Source: Thermoanaerobaculia bacterium (GTDB taxonomy: Bacteria > Acidobacteriota > Thermoanaerobaculia > Multivoradales > Multivoraceae). Taken from it: a stretch of 64,000 bases of DNA. The DNA lies in NCBI GenBank assembly GCA_963664405.1, contig OY761158.1, positions 1,088,001 to 1,152,000 on the forward strand, given 5' to 3'. Shown one piece after another: positions 9,676 to 18,886 of the stretch. Position numbers and translations under genes: made by a program. The notes below the pieces were generated by a model that saw only the letters and a list, made by a program, of their open reading frames with translations, was not told the origin of the DNA and ran no database searches. Positions within the stretch are counted from its first letter, which is position 1; every line of letters begins with the position of its first letter.

Positions 9676-10020
9676 GGCATAGCGCTTGTCAGCGGACCCA
9701 CCTCTCTTAGTTGGACTAGGGCCGACGCATCTGAGTTCCGAGATCAATCCATCCATCTGAGCTCCGCAGCAAGGCGTTGACCCTCTCCTTGGGCCGTTTC
9801 TGGCCCTTCTTCGAAGAGTACACCGCCTCGCGTGGCGGTCCTGACTTCGAGAAATCCTGTTCACCCGCTCTCCCTCGAGCTCGCTTCTGCCACTCAGTGA
9901 CGCGACTACTTTGCGCTATGGGACAGTCCCGGGGGGCCTCTCGGCCTTGCGCTTGGCAGCTGATGAACTGAAGCGGTAAGGTCAGCGCTCTCGCTCACAA
10001 CCGGCCAGACAAAGGATCGC

Positions 10021-11133
10021 ATGATCAAGACGGCAATCGTTGGTCTCGGCTTCGGCGCAGAGTTCATCCCCATCTACCAAAGTCATCCGGACGCAGATGT
10101 CCACGCCATTTGCCGACGAAACGAGGTCGAGCTGAATCGCGTCGGCGATCAATTCGGAATCGAGCGGAGATACACCAAGTACGAGGATGTGCTGGCAGAC
10201 CCGGATGTGGACTTCGTTCATATCAATAGTCCGATTCCGGACCATGCTTCGATGTCGATCGCCGCTCTCGATGCGGGAAAGCATGTGATGTGCACGGTTC
10301 CGATGGCGACGACGGTCGAGGAGTGCCGACGGCTCGTCGAAAAGGTGAAGGCAACGGGTCTCAAGTACATGATGGCTGAAACTGTCGTCTACAGCCGCGA
10401 GTTCCTCTTCATCAAGGAGCTCTACGAGAAGGGCGAGCTCGGCGAGATTCAGCATCTGGCAGCCTCCCATCCCCAAGACATGGACGGCTGGCCGGACTAC
10501 TGGGAGCAGATGATCCCTATGCACTACGCCACTCATGTGGTCAGTCCATGCCTGGGACTGATCGATGGACTGGCTGAATACGTCAGCTGTTTCGGCTCGG
10601 GCAGGGTGCGAGACGACATCGCACAGAAGTCAGGCAATCGCTTCGCCGTCGAGACCTGCCACATCAAAGTCAAAGACAGCGACCTGACCGCTCACATCTG
10701 GCGGTGCCTCTACGATGTGGCGCGGCAGTATCGCGAGAGCTTCGACGTTTACGGTACGAAGAAGAGCTTTGAATGGACGCTGGTCGAGAATGAGCCCCAT
10801 ATTCTCCACACCGCCAAGAAGCCCGAGCAGGAGATCCCAGAGGAGATCGGGGTCCCGGACTACGCTCACCTTCTGCCCGAGCCCATTCGCAAGTTCACGT
10901 TGCCGCAGGAGATTCATGACGCGGAGCACCTCTCCTTCCTCCAGGGAGGCGGCCATGGCGGCTCGCATCCGCACCTGGTCAACGAATTCGTCAGTGCCCT
11001 GCTCGAAGACCGCGATCCGAGGCCGAACGCAGTCACCGGCGCCAATTGGACATGCGTTGGGATCTGCGCCCACATCTCAGCGACAAAGGGCGGCGAGATC
11101 GTGCACTTGCCGGAGTTCACCTTGTCGTCATGA
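10021..11133 (+). CDS. Gfo/Idh/MocA-family oxidoreductase
   Basis: IVGLGFG Rossmann motif, AGKHV, GGHGGSH. Confidence 0.9.
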   Translation: MIKTAIVGLGFGAEFIPIYQSHPDADVHAICRRNEVELNRVGDQFGIERRYTKYEDVLADPDVDFVHINSPIPDHASMSIAALDAGKHVMCTVPMATTVEECRRLVEKVKATGLKYMMAETVVYSREFLFIKELYEKGELGEIQHLAASHPQDMDGWPDYWEQMIPMHYATHVVSPCLGLIDGLAEYVSCFGSGRVRDDIAQKSGNRFAVETCHIKVKDSDLTAHIWRCLYDVARQYRESFDVYGTKKSFEWTLVENEPHILHTAKKPEQEIPEEIGVPDYAHLLPEPIRKFTLPQEIHDAEHLSFLQGGGHGGSHPHLVNEFVSALLEDRDPRPNAVTGANWTCVGICAHISATKGGEIVHLPEFTLSS

Positions 11134-12023
11134 AGCGGTACTGCCCTCTAATCGGCACGACCGTACTTCTGCTCGCGCTAGCGCTCGGCGCCCCTTCATC
11201 CGCGCAAACCAAGATCGTCTTTGTTGCGGGTATACAAAGTCATGGATGGGGTGCCCACGAACACAAAGCGGGAAGCATGCTGCTGGCGGAGCGACTGAAT
11301 CGGAATGTGCCAGGCGTGAAGGCCGAGGTGGCAAGTGAGGGGTGGCCGGAGGACCCTGGCATCTTCGACGCTGCTGCTGCCGTCGTGATCTATAGCGATG
11401 GGCACTCTCGCCATGTCTTGAAACCACATCTCGAGCTCTTCGATCGGCTGGCCAAAAAGGGTGTGGGGCTGGTTACGCTCCACTGGGCTACGGAAGTAGA
11501 GCGAGGTGAGATGGCGGAAAAATTTCTCGAATGGCAAGGCGGCTATTGTGATGTCAATTGGTCCGTGAACCCCCATTGGGATGCCGACTATTCGACATTG
11601 CCCGGACACCCAATTACCCGCGGGGTGCGCCCATTCAGAGTGAACGACGAGTGGTATTACCACATGCGCTTCGTAGAAGAGATGAAGGGGGTCACACCGA
11701 TCCTAACCGCGCTACCGCCGATCGAGACCCTGGTGCGTCCCGACGGGCCGCGTAGCGGCAATCCGGACGTGCGCAGAGCCATCGCCAATGGGGAGGCGCA
11801 GCACACGGCCTGGGCTTTTGAACGCCCTGATGGTGGACGTGGCTTTGGATTCACAGGAGGGCATTTTCACGACAATTGGGGCCACGACGATTTTCGGAAG
11901 CTGGTGTTGAACGCCATTGTTTGGGCCGCCAAGATCGAGATTCCGGAGGGCGGAGTTCCTTCCGAGACACCGACGCGAGAAGAGCTTGACGCAAATCAAG
12001 ATGAGGCGAAACCGGGCGACTAG
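11130..12023 (+). CDS. ThuA-like (class I glutamine amidotransferase-like) secreted protein
   Basis: Signal peptide, HPITRGV, DEWYY and GFTGGH; ATGA coupling to the upstream gene. Confidence 0.85.
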   Translation: MKRYCPLIGTTVLLLALALGAPSSAQTKIVFVAGIQSHGWGAHEHKAGSMLLAERLNRNVPGVKAEVASEGWPEDPGIFDAAAAVVIYSDGHSRHVLKPHLELFDRLAKKGVGLVTLHWATEVERGEMAEKFLEWQGGYCDVNWSVNPHWDADYSTLPGHPITRGVRPFRVNDEWYYHMRFVEEMKGVTPILTALPPIETLVRPDGPRSGNPDVRRAIANGEAQHTAWAFERPDGGRGFGFTGGHFHDNWGHDDFRKLVLNAIVWAAKIEIPEGGVPSETPTREELDANQDEAKPGD

Positions 12024-12061
12024 ATCGCTGGGAGTTGGTCGCACCTGATTCAGAGAGGCTA

Positions 12062-13519
12062 ATGAACAACACAAAACTATTGGTGGCAAGTTTCCTGACC
12101 ATCCTCGTTGCGGGGCTCGGGTTCGCGGTTCGTGGCGGATTGCTACTCGAGTGGGGAAACGCCTTCGGTTTCACCCAAACGGAACTGGGTCAGATCACCG
12201 GCGGCGGCTTAGCCGGGTTCGGCATCGTCATCCTCATCGCCAGTCTCTTCCTGGATCGCTTCGGGTATCGGCCCTTTCTGCTGCTAGCAGGCGTGTTGCA
12301 CGTGGGTTCAGTGATCCTCACCGTTTCCGCGACCTATGTGTACGGCGCCGCTGTCGATGCCGACCCCGAGGCAGCCAAGTCGGCCGCCTACTTCGCTCTC
12401 TTCTGGGGCATCTTCATGTTTTCTGTAGCGAACGGCATCTGTGAAGCAGTGGTCAACCCGCTGATCGCGACGGTCTACTCGAAGCAGAAGACCCACTACC
12501 TCAACATCCTCCACGCGGGGTGGCCGGGCGGAATGATCATCGGAGCCCTTCTTGGTGTCGCGCTCATCGGCCGGGTGCGCTGGGAGATCGTCCTCTCGCT
12601 GTATCTCGTCCCAACGCTGGTGTATCTACTGATGATCGCCAAAGAGAAGTTCCCTGCGTCCGAGGCCACTGCGGCAGGAGTCTCTTTCGGCGAGATGCTC
12701 AAAGAATTCGCGGCGCCGATGTTGTTGCTCCTTCTCGTTCTCCACGCCTGCATCGGATACGTCGAGCTCGGCACCGACAGCTGGATCGTCAACATCATGG
12801 ACATCGCGCTAGGCGGAAAAGGCCTCTTCATCCTGCTCTACACGTCTATTCTGATGTTCACCCTGCGTTTTTTCGCCGGGCCCATCGTCCATCGCATCAA
12901 CCCCCTGGGGCTGCTCTTCGTCAGCGCGGTCCTGGCCGTTATCGGGCTTTACTCGCTGGGGTCCTTCTCGACCGGAGTCGCCATCATGGTCGCCGCCACG
13001 GTGTACGGTCTGGGGAAGACCTTCTTCTGGCCGACCATGCTTGGTGTCGTCTCCGAGCGCTTTCCCCGTGGCGGAGCGCTTACCCTTGGCGCTATCGGCG
13101 CAGTCGGAATGCTCTCGGCCGGTTTTCTCGGGGGGCCCGGCATCGGCTACACCCAAGACCGCTTTGCTTCGCAGCATCTTCGAGAGACCTCTGCCGACCT
13201 CTACCAACAGTATGCAGCCGAAGGCACGAACCGCTTTCTCTTCTTGGCCCCTGTGCAGGGGCTGGACGGTTCCAAGGCCGGAGCAGTCTTAGAAAAAGCC
13301 AGGGACTCTACCCAGATCTTGAACGAGGAAGAGCAGGCGGTGAAGGACGCCTCCTTTTACGGAGGTCAGATGGCACTCAAGGTCACCTCCATCGTTCCGG
13401 CAATCATGGCACTCGGTTTCTTGCTCCTGATCGTCTATTTCAGAATGAAGGGCGGATATACACAGATCGTTCTCTCTTCGGCAGGCGAGTCAGAGCCACC
13501 AGCTATGGAGGAGGTGTGA
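12062..13519 (+). CDS. MFS transporter
   Basis: About 12 hydrophobic segments, DRFGYR loop, EAVVNPL and FWPTMLG. Confidence 0.88.
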   Translation: MNNTKLLVASFLTILVAGLGFAVRGGLLLEWGNAFGFTQTELGQITGGGLAGFGIVILIASLFLDRFGYRPFLLLAGVLHVGSVILTVSATYVYGAAVDADPEAAKSAAYFALFWGIFMFSVANGICEAVVNPLIATVYSKQKTHYLNILHAGWPGGMIIGALLGVALIGRVRWEIVLSLYLVPTLVYLLMIAKEKFPASEATAAGVSFGEMLKEFAAPMLLLLLVLHACIGYVELGTDSWIVNIMDIALGGKGLFILLYTSILMFTLRFFAGPIVHRINPLGLLFVSAVLAVIGLYSLGSFSTGVAIMVAATVYGLGKTFFWPTMLGVVSERFPRGGALTLGAIGAVGMLSAGFLGGPGIGYTQDRFASQHLRETSADLYQQYAAEGTNRFLFLAPVQGLDGSKAGAVLEKARDSTQILNEEEQAVKDASFYGGQMALKVTSIVPAIMALGFLLLIVYFRMKGGYTQIVLSSAGESEPPAMEEV

Positions 13520-13538
13520 GGAAGCCAGGGGACTGGCT

Positions 13539-15017
13539 ATGAAGCGCACCCGCCGCGAGTTCTTGAGCTCTGCTGTGGCCACGATTGGCGCTGCCGCGGC
13601 AAGCGGTCGAGCGCAGACGGCGCGCGAGCGGCCGAATATTCTCTTCTGCATCTCCGACGACCAGTCGTGGCTGCACAACGGCGCCGGCGGCGACCCGGTC
13701 ATCAAGACCCCGGCCTTCGATCGAGTCGCGCGCGAGGGCGTTCGCTTCACCCGCGCCTTCTGCGACGCGCCCACCTGCGGACCCTCACGCAGCGCCCTTC
13801 TGACCGGGCAGTCGATCTGGCGGCTGGAGGAGGCCGGCAACATCCACAGCACTCTGCCGGCCAAGTTCGCCACCTACACCGAGATGCTCGAGTCGTCCGG
13901 CTACTCGATCGGTTACACCAGCAAGGGCTGGAGCCCAGGCAGGCTCGAGCCGGGGGGTCGGACCCGCAATCCCGCCGGCGACGAATTCGAGAGCTTCGAA
14001 GAATTTCATCAGCAGCAGAGAGCGGGGCAGCCCTTCTGCTTCTGGCTGGGAAGCTATGACCCGCACAGGCCTTACGAATTGGGCTCGGGGGAGGAATCCG
14101 GGAAGGACCCGGGAAAGGTCAACGTTCCGCCCCATCTACCCGACCACCCGATCGTCCGTAACGACATCCTCGATTACTACGTCGAAGTGGAGCGCTTCGA
14201 CCGCTCTGTCGAGGTGGCACTGGAAATACTCGAACGCGCCGGGGAGCTCGCCAACACCTTGGTTGTCGTCACCAGCGATCACGGTATGCCCTTTCCCCGC
14301 GCCAAGGCCAGTCTCTACGATTACGGTAGTCGGGTTCCATTGGCGATCCGTTGGGAGGAAGCGATCCCCGCCGGACGCGTCGTCGACGACTTCAGCAGCT
14401 TGAGCGATCTGGCCCCGACCTTCCTCGAGGCGGCGGGCCTGGAGCCGCATCCCGAAATGACCGCTCACAGTCTGCTGCCGCTGCTGACGTCTTCGGCAAG
14501 CGGTCGATTGGACCCGTCTCGTGACGCCGCCTACATCGCCATGGAACGCCACGACGGCTGCCGCCGCGGAGGCAAGGGGTATCCGTGCCGCGCCATCCGT
14601 ACCGACGATTACCTCTACATTCGCAACTTCGAGCCCACGCGCTGGCCGTCCGGATCGCCGAACCGGGAAGACTGTGCCCGTTACATCCCGTACGGAGAAA
14701 TCGACTCCTCGCCGACGAAAACATTGATGATGGACGGTCGCGGCGATGCCGAGGTGGACCGCTTGGCCGAGCTCGCCTTCGGGACCAGACCTGAAAACGA
14801 GCTCTACGATCTTCGCAGCGACCCCGGTCAACTCCACAACATCGCCGGCCAACCCGCAGCCGCCAGGCAGGTGAAAGCGATGCGCGACCGCCTCATGCAG
14901 CACCTCGCCGATACGGGTGATCCACGCGCCCTGGGGCAGCCTGCCAACTGGGACTATTACCCCTATTACGGTAGAAAGGTCAACGAGAACTGGGCGGTGG
15001 ATATGCGGGTCGAGTGA
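13539..15017 (+). CDS. Tat-exported sulfatase
   Basis: TRREFL Tat motif, PNILFCISDD and CGPSR (CxPxR) formylglycine motif. Confidence 0.93.
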   Translation: MKRTRREFLSSAVATIGAAAASGRAQTARERPNILFCISDDQSWLHNGAGGDPVIKTPAFDRVAREGVRFTRAFCDAPTCGPSRSALLTGQSIWRLEEAGNIHSTLPAKFATYTEMLESSGYSIGYTSKGWSPGRLEPGGRTRNPAGDEFESFEEFHQQQRAGQPFCFWLGSYDPHRPYELGSGEESGKDPGKVNVPPHLPDHPIVRNDILDYYVEVERFDRSVEVALEILERAGELANTLVVVTSDHGMPFPRAKASLYDYGSRVPLAIRWEEAIPAGRVVDDFSSLSDLAPTFLEAAGLEPHPEMTAHSLLPLLTSSASGRLDPSRDAAYIAMERHDGCRRGGKGYPCRAIRTDDYLYIRNFEPTRWPSGSPNREDCARYIPYGEIDSSPTKTLMMDGRGDAEVDRLAELAFGTRPENELYDLRSDPGQLHNIAGQPAAARQVKAMRDRLMQHLADTGDPRALGQPANWDYYPYYGRKVNENWAVDMRVE

Positions 15018-15036
15018 GCAGAGGGGGGGCTATAGA

Positions 15037-15792
15037 TTGGGTATTGAATTCGCGGAACGACACCACGCTTTCGAGGGTTGCTTCAACTTTCGAGACATCG
15101 GTGGTTACGAGGGTCTCGACGGCCGAACCGTGATGTGGGGGCGATACTTTCGCGCCGGGCGCCAGGACCGAATGACCGAGACCGATCTCGAGCGAGCCCG
15201 CGACCTCTCCGTCACGACCCAGATCGACCTGCGGCGGCCCGACGAGATTCACGAGCACGGCCGAGGCCCTTTCGAGCAGCTCGGTACCCGATACGTTGCG
15301 CACCCGGTCATCCCGCCGGGTGGCTCGCAGATCCTCGACGAGACCGCGGGGGCCGGCATATCCGGCGATCGTTACCTTGGCTACCTCGATTTCGACTCCA
15401 CGCCGATACGCGGCATCTTCGAGATCATCGCCGATGCCGCGCGCCTCCCCGTACTCGTCCACTGCACCTCCGGAAAAGATCGCACGGGTGTCATTACCGC
15501 GCTGACCCTCTCGATCCTCGGGGTCGACCGTAGTGTGATCGAAGAAGACTATGGGCTAACGAATCGCGACGTTCCCCGTCACCTCGGCTTCATGGAGCAA
15601 GGCCCTGGACTGCCTCCCGGCCTCACACGCGAGGCGATCACGCACTTGGCCGGTGTGCCGGAGGAGGCGATCGGTGTCTTCCTGGATGGACTCGGGCGCA
15701 AGCACGGTGGCCCGCTGGAATACCTGCGGAGCATCGGTGTGAACGACGAGACACAAGGGGCGGTTCGAGAGGCCCTCCTGGAGCCGGCCTAG
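15037..15792 (+). CDS. Tyrosine-protein phosphatase (PtpB/IphP-like)
   Basis: NFRDIGG, DLR and HCTSGKDRTG P-loop; TTG start after a G-rich RBS. Confidence 0.88.
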   Translation: MGIEFAERHHAFEGCFNFRDIGGYEGLDGRTVMWGRYFRAGRQDRMTETDLERARDLSVTTQIDLRRPDEIHEHGRGPFEQLGTRYVAHPVIPPGGSQILDETAGAGISGDRYLGYLDFDSTPIRGIFEIIADAARLPVLVHCTSGKDRTGVITALTLSILGVDRSVIEEDYGLTNRDVPRHLGFMEQGPGLPPGLTREAITHLAGVPEEAIGVFLDGLGRKHGGPLEYLRSIGVNDETQGAVREALLEPA

Positions 15793-15842
15793 CGTGGCCA
15801 TTTGATGGCGTTGAAGAAAGGCTTCCATCTTTCTCCTCGACG

Positions 15843-16793
15843 TCAGTCGGTCACCACCTTGTCAACGGCCCAGGCTTTGATGAGATGATGCGCGATCGCG
15901 ATTTTCCCCGGAAGCTTCAGTGTGGGGTGCTGCTGAAGGATCGCTTGGGCTACCTCGTCTCTTGGAAACCAACGCACGTCCGACATCTCGGTGCTGTCCA
16001 TATTGATCTCGCGGGAGAGGGCTTGGCCGTGACAGCCGATCATCAGCGATGAAGGAAAGGGCCAGGGCTGCGAGGAGTGGTAGTGGACAGCGCCGACGTC
16101 GATTCCAGATTCCTCTTTGACTTCTCTTCGAACCGCTTCTTCGATCGATTCACCCTGGTCGATGAAACCGGCCAACGCCGAGTACATACGAGCCTTGGCC
16201 AACCGACCGGCAGATTGACCCAGCAGGCAGTTCTCACCGTCGACGATCAGCATGATCGCAACGGGATCGGTGCGAGGAAAGTGCTCGGCGCCGCAGTCGC
16301 TGCAGGATCGAATATGACCGCCCCGCCGCTGCTCGGTTCGGTTGCCGCAAACGCTGCAGAACTGATGACGTCGATGCCAGTCGATCTGCGAACGCGATTG
16401 AGCAACGAGCCCCGTTTCCACGGCCGGCAATGCCATGGCCGCCATTCGGGCGTCTTCGAATCGCAGGTGGTCGGGCAAGCTCAGCTCATGCACCGGGTCG
16501 TGGAGCTCTGAGATGTCGATGGCAAAATGTGGCACACCACCACCGAAGCCCAGGAACACTTCGGGTTCATGGATTTCCAGGCCGGCGATATCTGAGTGCG
16601 TCAACCACGCCAGGCGTTTCCCATCGGCGCTGTTGGTGAGGACGTTCAGGTTCCACAGCGGCAGGTAACGGCTGTGCGGATCCTCAGCGTATCTGGCCAG
16701 AACCGCAGGATCACGTCGAGCCGCGTCGCCGCGATCGAGCGGGTTTCCGGCAAATGTGTGAATCAGCTCGCCGTGCCGGCTCTTCTCGTTCAG
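15843..16793 (-). CDS. nudC: NADH pyrophosphatase NudC
   Basis: FCSVCG/CSDC zinc ribbon, FPRTDP, AGFIDQGESIEEAVRREVKEESG, SQPWPFP. Frame stays open upstream of 16604 through TFAGNPLDR to a CTG at 16793 with a GAGGAG RBS. Confidence 0.85.
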   Translation of the reverse strand: MNEKSRHGELIHTFAGNPLDRGDAARRDPAVLARYAEDPHSRYLPLWNLNVLTNSADGKRLAWLTHSDIAGLEIHEPEVFLGFGGGVPHFAIDISELHDPVHELSLPDHLRFEDARMAAMALPAVETGLVAQSRSQIDWHRRHQFCSVCGNRTEQRRGGHIRSCSDCGAEHFPRTDPVAIMLIVDGENCLLGQSAGRLAKARMYSALAGFIDQGESIEEAVRREVKEESGIDVGAVHYHSSQPWPFPSSLMIGCHGQALSREINMDSTEMSDVRWFPRDEVAQAILQQHPTLKLPGKIAIAHHLIKAWAVDKVVTD

Positions 16794-16894
16794 GGGAGGC
16801 TCCTCAATCTGATGCGGTGCGTGACCGCTGCCTGGGAGGCACGGACGGTCGACTTTTTGACCGCAGGGAACCCGCCCCCCGGTCGACGCGCACT

Positions 16895-17533
16895 CTACCC
16901 GACGCCTTGCTCTTCGGCGGCCTTCTTCTGGGCTTCCTGGGCACGTTGAAAACCGGGCCGTGCTTTCATGCGCTCGAGATAGGCACTCGTCTGCGGTTTG
17001 TAGTGCTGTGCAACGTCGATACTCTCACCGAGAAACAATGCGTAGGCAACGGCAATATCCGCCACGGTGAACTTATCGGCAGCCAAGAACTCGTGATCCT
17101 GAACGCGAGCATTGACGAGCTTCAATCGCGACAAGTACCAGGTTTTGTAGTCTTCTGCGGCTTGCGGCACTCGTCGCTCTTCCGGTTCCAGTTGCGTGTA
17201 ACGCAGCACGATCGTCTGCGGGAATGTAAGCGTGGCGTCGCTGTGGAACAACCAATTGAGGTAAGTGGCGTATTCGGGATGATCGGGACGCAAACCGAAT
17301 TCGTACTTTTTGTATCTCTCAACCAGATACTGGCAGATGCCGGACGATTCGGTCATGTAGGCATCGCCATCGGTAAAGTAGGGCACGGTACCGATTGGGT
17401 TTAACTTGGTGTAGTCCTCGAACCGGAACCGGGGCGGGAACTGCATCATGACGAGTTCGTACTCGAGCTCCATCTCTTCGAGCGCCCAGAGCGCTCGGAG
17501 CGACCGTGCGTTATTGCAATGCCAGAGCTTCAT
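16895..17533 (-). CDS. Glutathione S-transferase family protein
   Basis: RSLRALWALEE, NPIGTVP, ESSGICQYL and FTVADI. Confidence 0.92.
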   Translation of the reverse strand: MKLWHCNNARSLRALWALEEMELEYELVMMQFPPRFRFEDYTKLNPIGTVPYFTDGDAYMTESSGICQYLVERYKKYEFGLRPDHPEYATYLNWLFHSDATLTFPQTIVLRYTQLEPEERRVPQAAEDYKTWYLSRLKLVNARVQDHEFLAADKFTVADIAVAYALFLGESIDVAQHYKPQTSAYLERMKARPGFQRAQEAQKKAAEEQGVG

Positions 17534-17683
17534 CGATCGGTTTCGTGAGGTGGTTTAGCCGGGCGACTATATAGCAGGCGTTCAGCGAGCCCCGTACTTT
17601 GCGAAGCTCCGCTTGAGTGTGTAGGAATAGAGAGTTCCAATCTGCTCGTAGCCGAGAACGGGGTCCACCTCTGCCGTCAAGCT

Positions 17684-18385
17684 TCAGGTTTGGCGAGTCG
17701 GGAACGCGATGGTGTTGGCCAACCCCACCTCTCGGTGTTGTTTGTTCGCCTGCTGCCACTCCTCGCTGCTCGTCATACTCCGCAGGGCCTCGATCGAGGG
17801 ATAGCGCACCAGGATGAAGTTCTGCCAGTCATCATCCGTGACCATCGCCTGCTCGGCATCCAGGTACAGCACCATTTTCCCACCGAGATCCTGGATCAGC
17901 TTTGAGGCTACCGCTCCGTATTCCATGTATTCGTCCCTACCGGACTGACCGTTGAATCGGAGTAGATTCACGACAAAGATCTCGTCGCTAGCTTTCTTGA
18001 CCACATCATCCAATGGCGTACCACGCGACCCCTCTTTGAAGGCAAACAGCAGTCGCTTGGACAGTCCGGCGGTTCGATCCGGTATCGCGTTTCTATAAGC
18101 CTCGCTGTTCTGCATGTCGAGATAAGCGGCACGGCGTGGATAGAAAACCAGCGCAACGTGATCCCAATCGCTGCCGGCGATCGACCGGCCGCCATAGATA
18201 ACCCGACCGCCGCGAGAGGCGATCTCCTTGCCGGCCACTGCCCCGTACTTCATGTAGCGTTCTCGACCTGCAGGTTCGCTGAACTTCAGCAAGTTGACCA
18301 TGATGATCGGACCGTCGTCGGGCAGCGCCGAGAGTTGAGCGATGCTCTCGTCGCTGGGGTTTACAGCAGAGGTTGGATTGGTCAT
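17684..18385 (-). CDS. Tandem DUF1330-like protein
   Basis: Two internal repeats of VNLL(K/R)F..Y..YG..GG..W....V.YP. Confidence 0.75.
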   Translation of the reverse strand: MTNPTSAVNPSDESIAQLSALPDDGPIIMVNLLKFSEPAGRERYMKYGAVAGKEIASRGGRVIYGGRSIAGSDWDHVALVFYPRRAAYLDMQNSEAYRNAIPDRTAGLSKRLLFAFKEGSRGTPLDDVVKKASDEIFVVNLLRFNGQSGRDEYMEYGAVASKLIQDLGGKMVLYLDAEQAMVTDDDWQNFILVRYPSIEALRSMTSSEEWQQANKQHREVGLANTIAFPTRQT

Positions 18386-18392
18386 CGTCTTG

Positions 18393-18805
18393 TCAATCGA
18401 TGATCGCCTGTCGAATCGCGTTCTCGAAGTCGACCTGCGTTCCGTTGTGGAACTGCTGAAGCATGATAACCGCCGTGAGCTCCTCGGCGGGGTCGGTCCA
18501 CGACATCGTTCCGTATGCGCCGAGCCATCCGAAGGCGCCCTTACTTCGGCTACTCTTGGCAGCCGCGGGTTCGCGCATGACCGCTATCGTATACCCGAAG
18601 CCCAGGCCGCCTTGCCGCGCCGGGCCACGACCGTGACCGCCCCCTGAATCTCCCCCGCTTCGATGCGCCGCTGCATTGCAGTACCGATGTGAAGCAGGCC
18701 CTCGCTGGACATGCCCACTTCTTCGGGTTTGGCGCTTGGAATCTCTCCCGCCCCCGCCATGGCGGAGACAGCTATCGCAACGGCGACAAACACGAAGCTC
18801 CTCAT
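18393..18805 (-). pseudogene. Beta-lactamase-family serine hydrolase with large internal deletion
   Basis: Signal peptide plus PEEVGMS..GAVTVVARRGK, joined out of frame near 18605 to C-terminal GLGFGY..FGWLGAYGT..DPAEEL. The SxxK core is absent. Confidence 0.8.
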
Positions 18806-18886
18806 GCCGCTGTGGAGTGTCAACATCCCAATTCCCCTCCTCTGGCGCGCTGCGAGTCTACGCGTCTCACACAATAGCTTTCCGCG

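Noticed and set aside
15843-16793. nudC as a truncated or frameshifted pseudogene
   Set aside because: Hand translation shows a continuous open frame to 16793; only the start codon is atypical.
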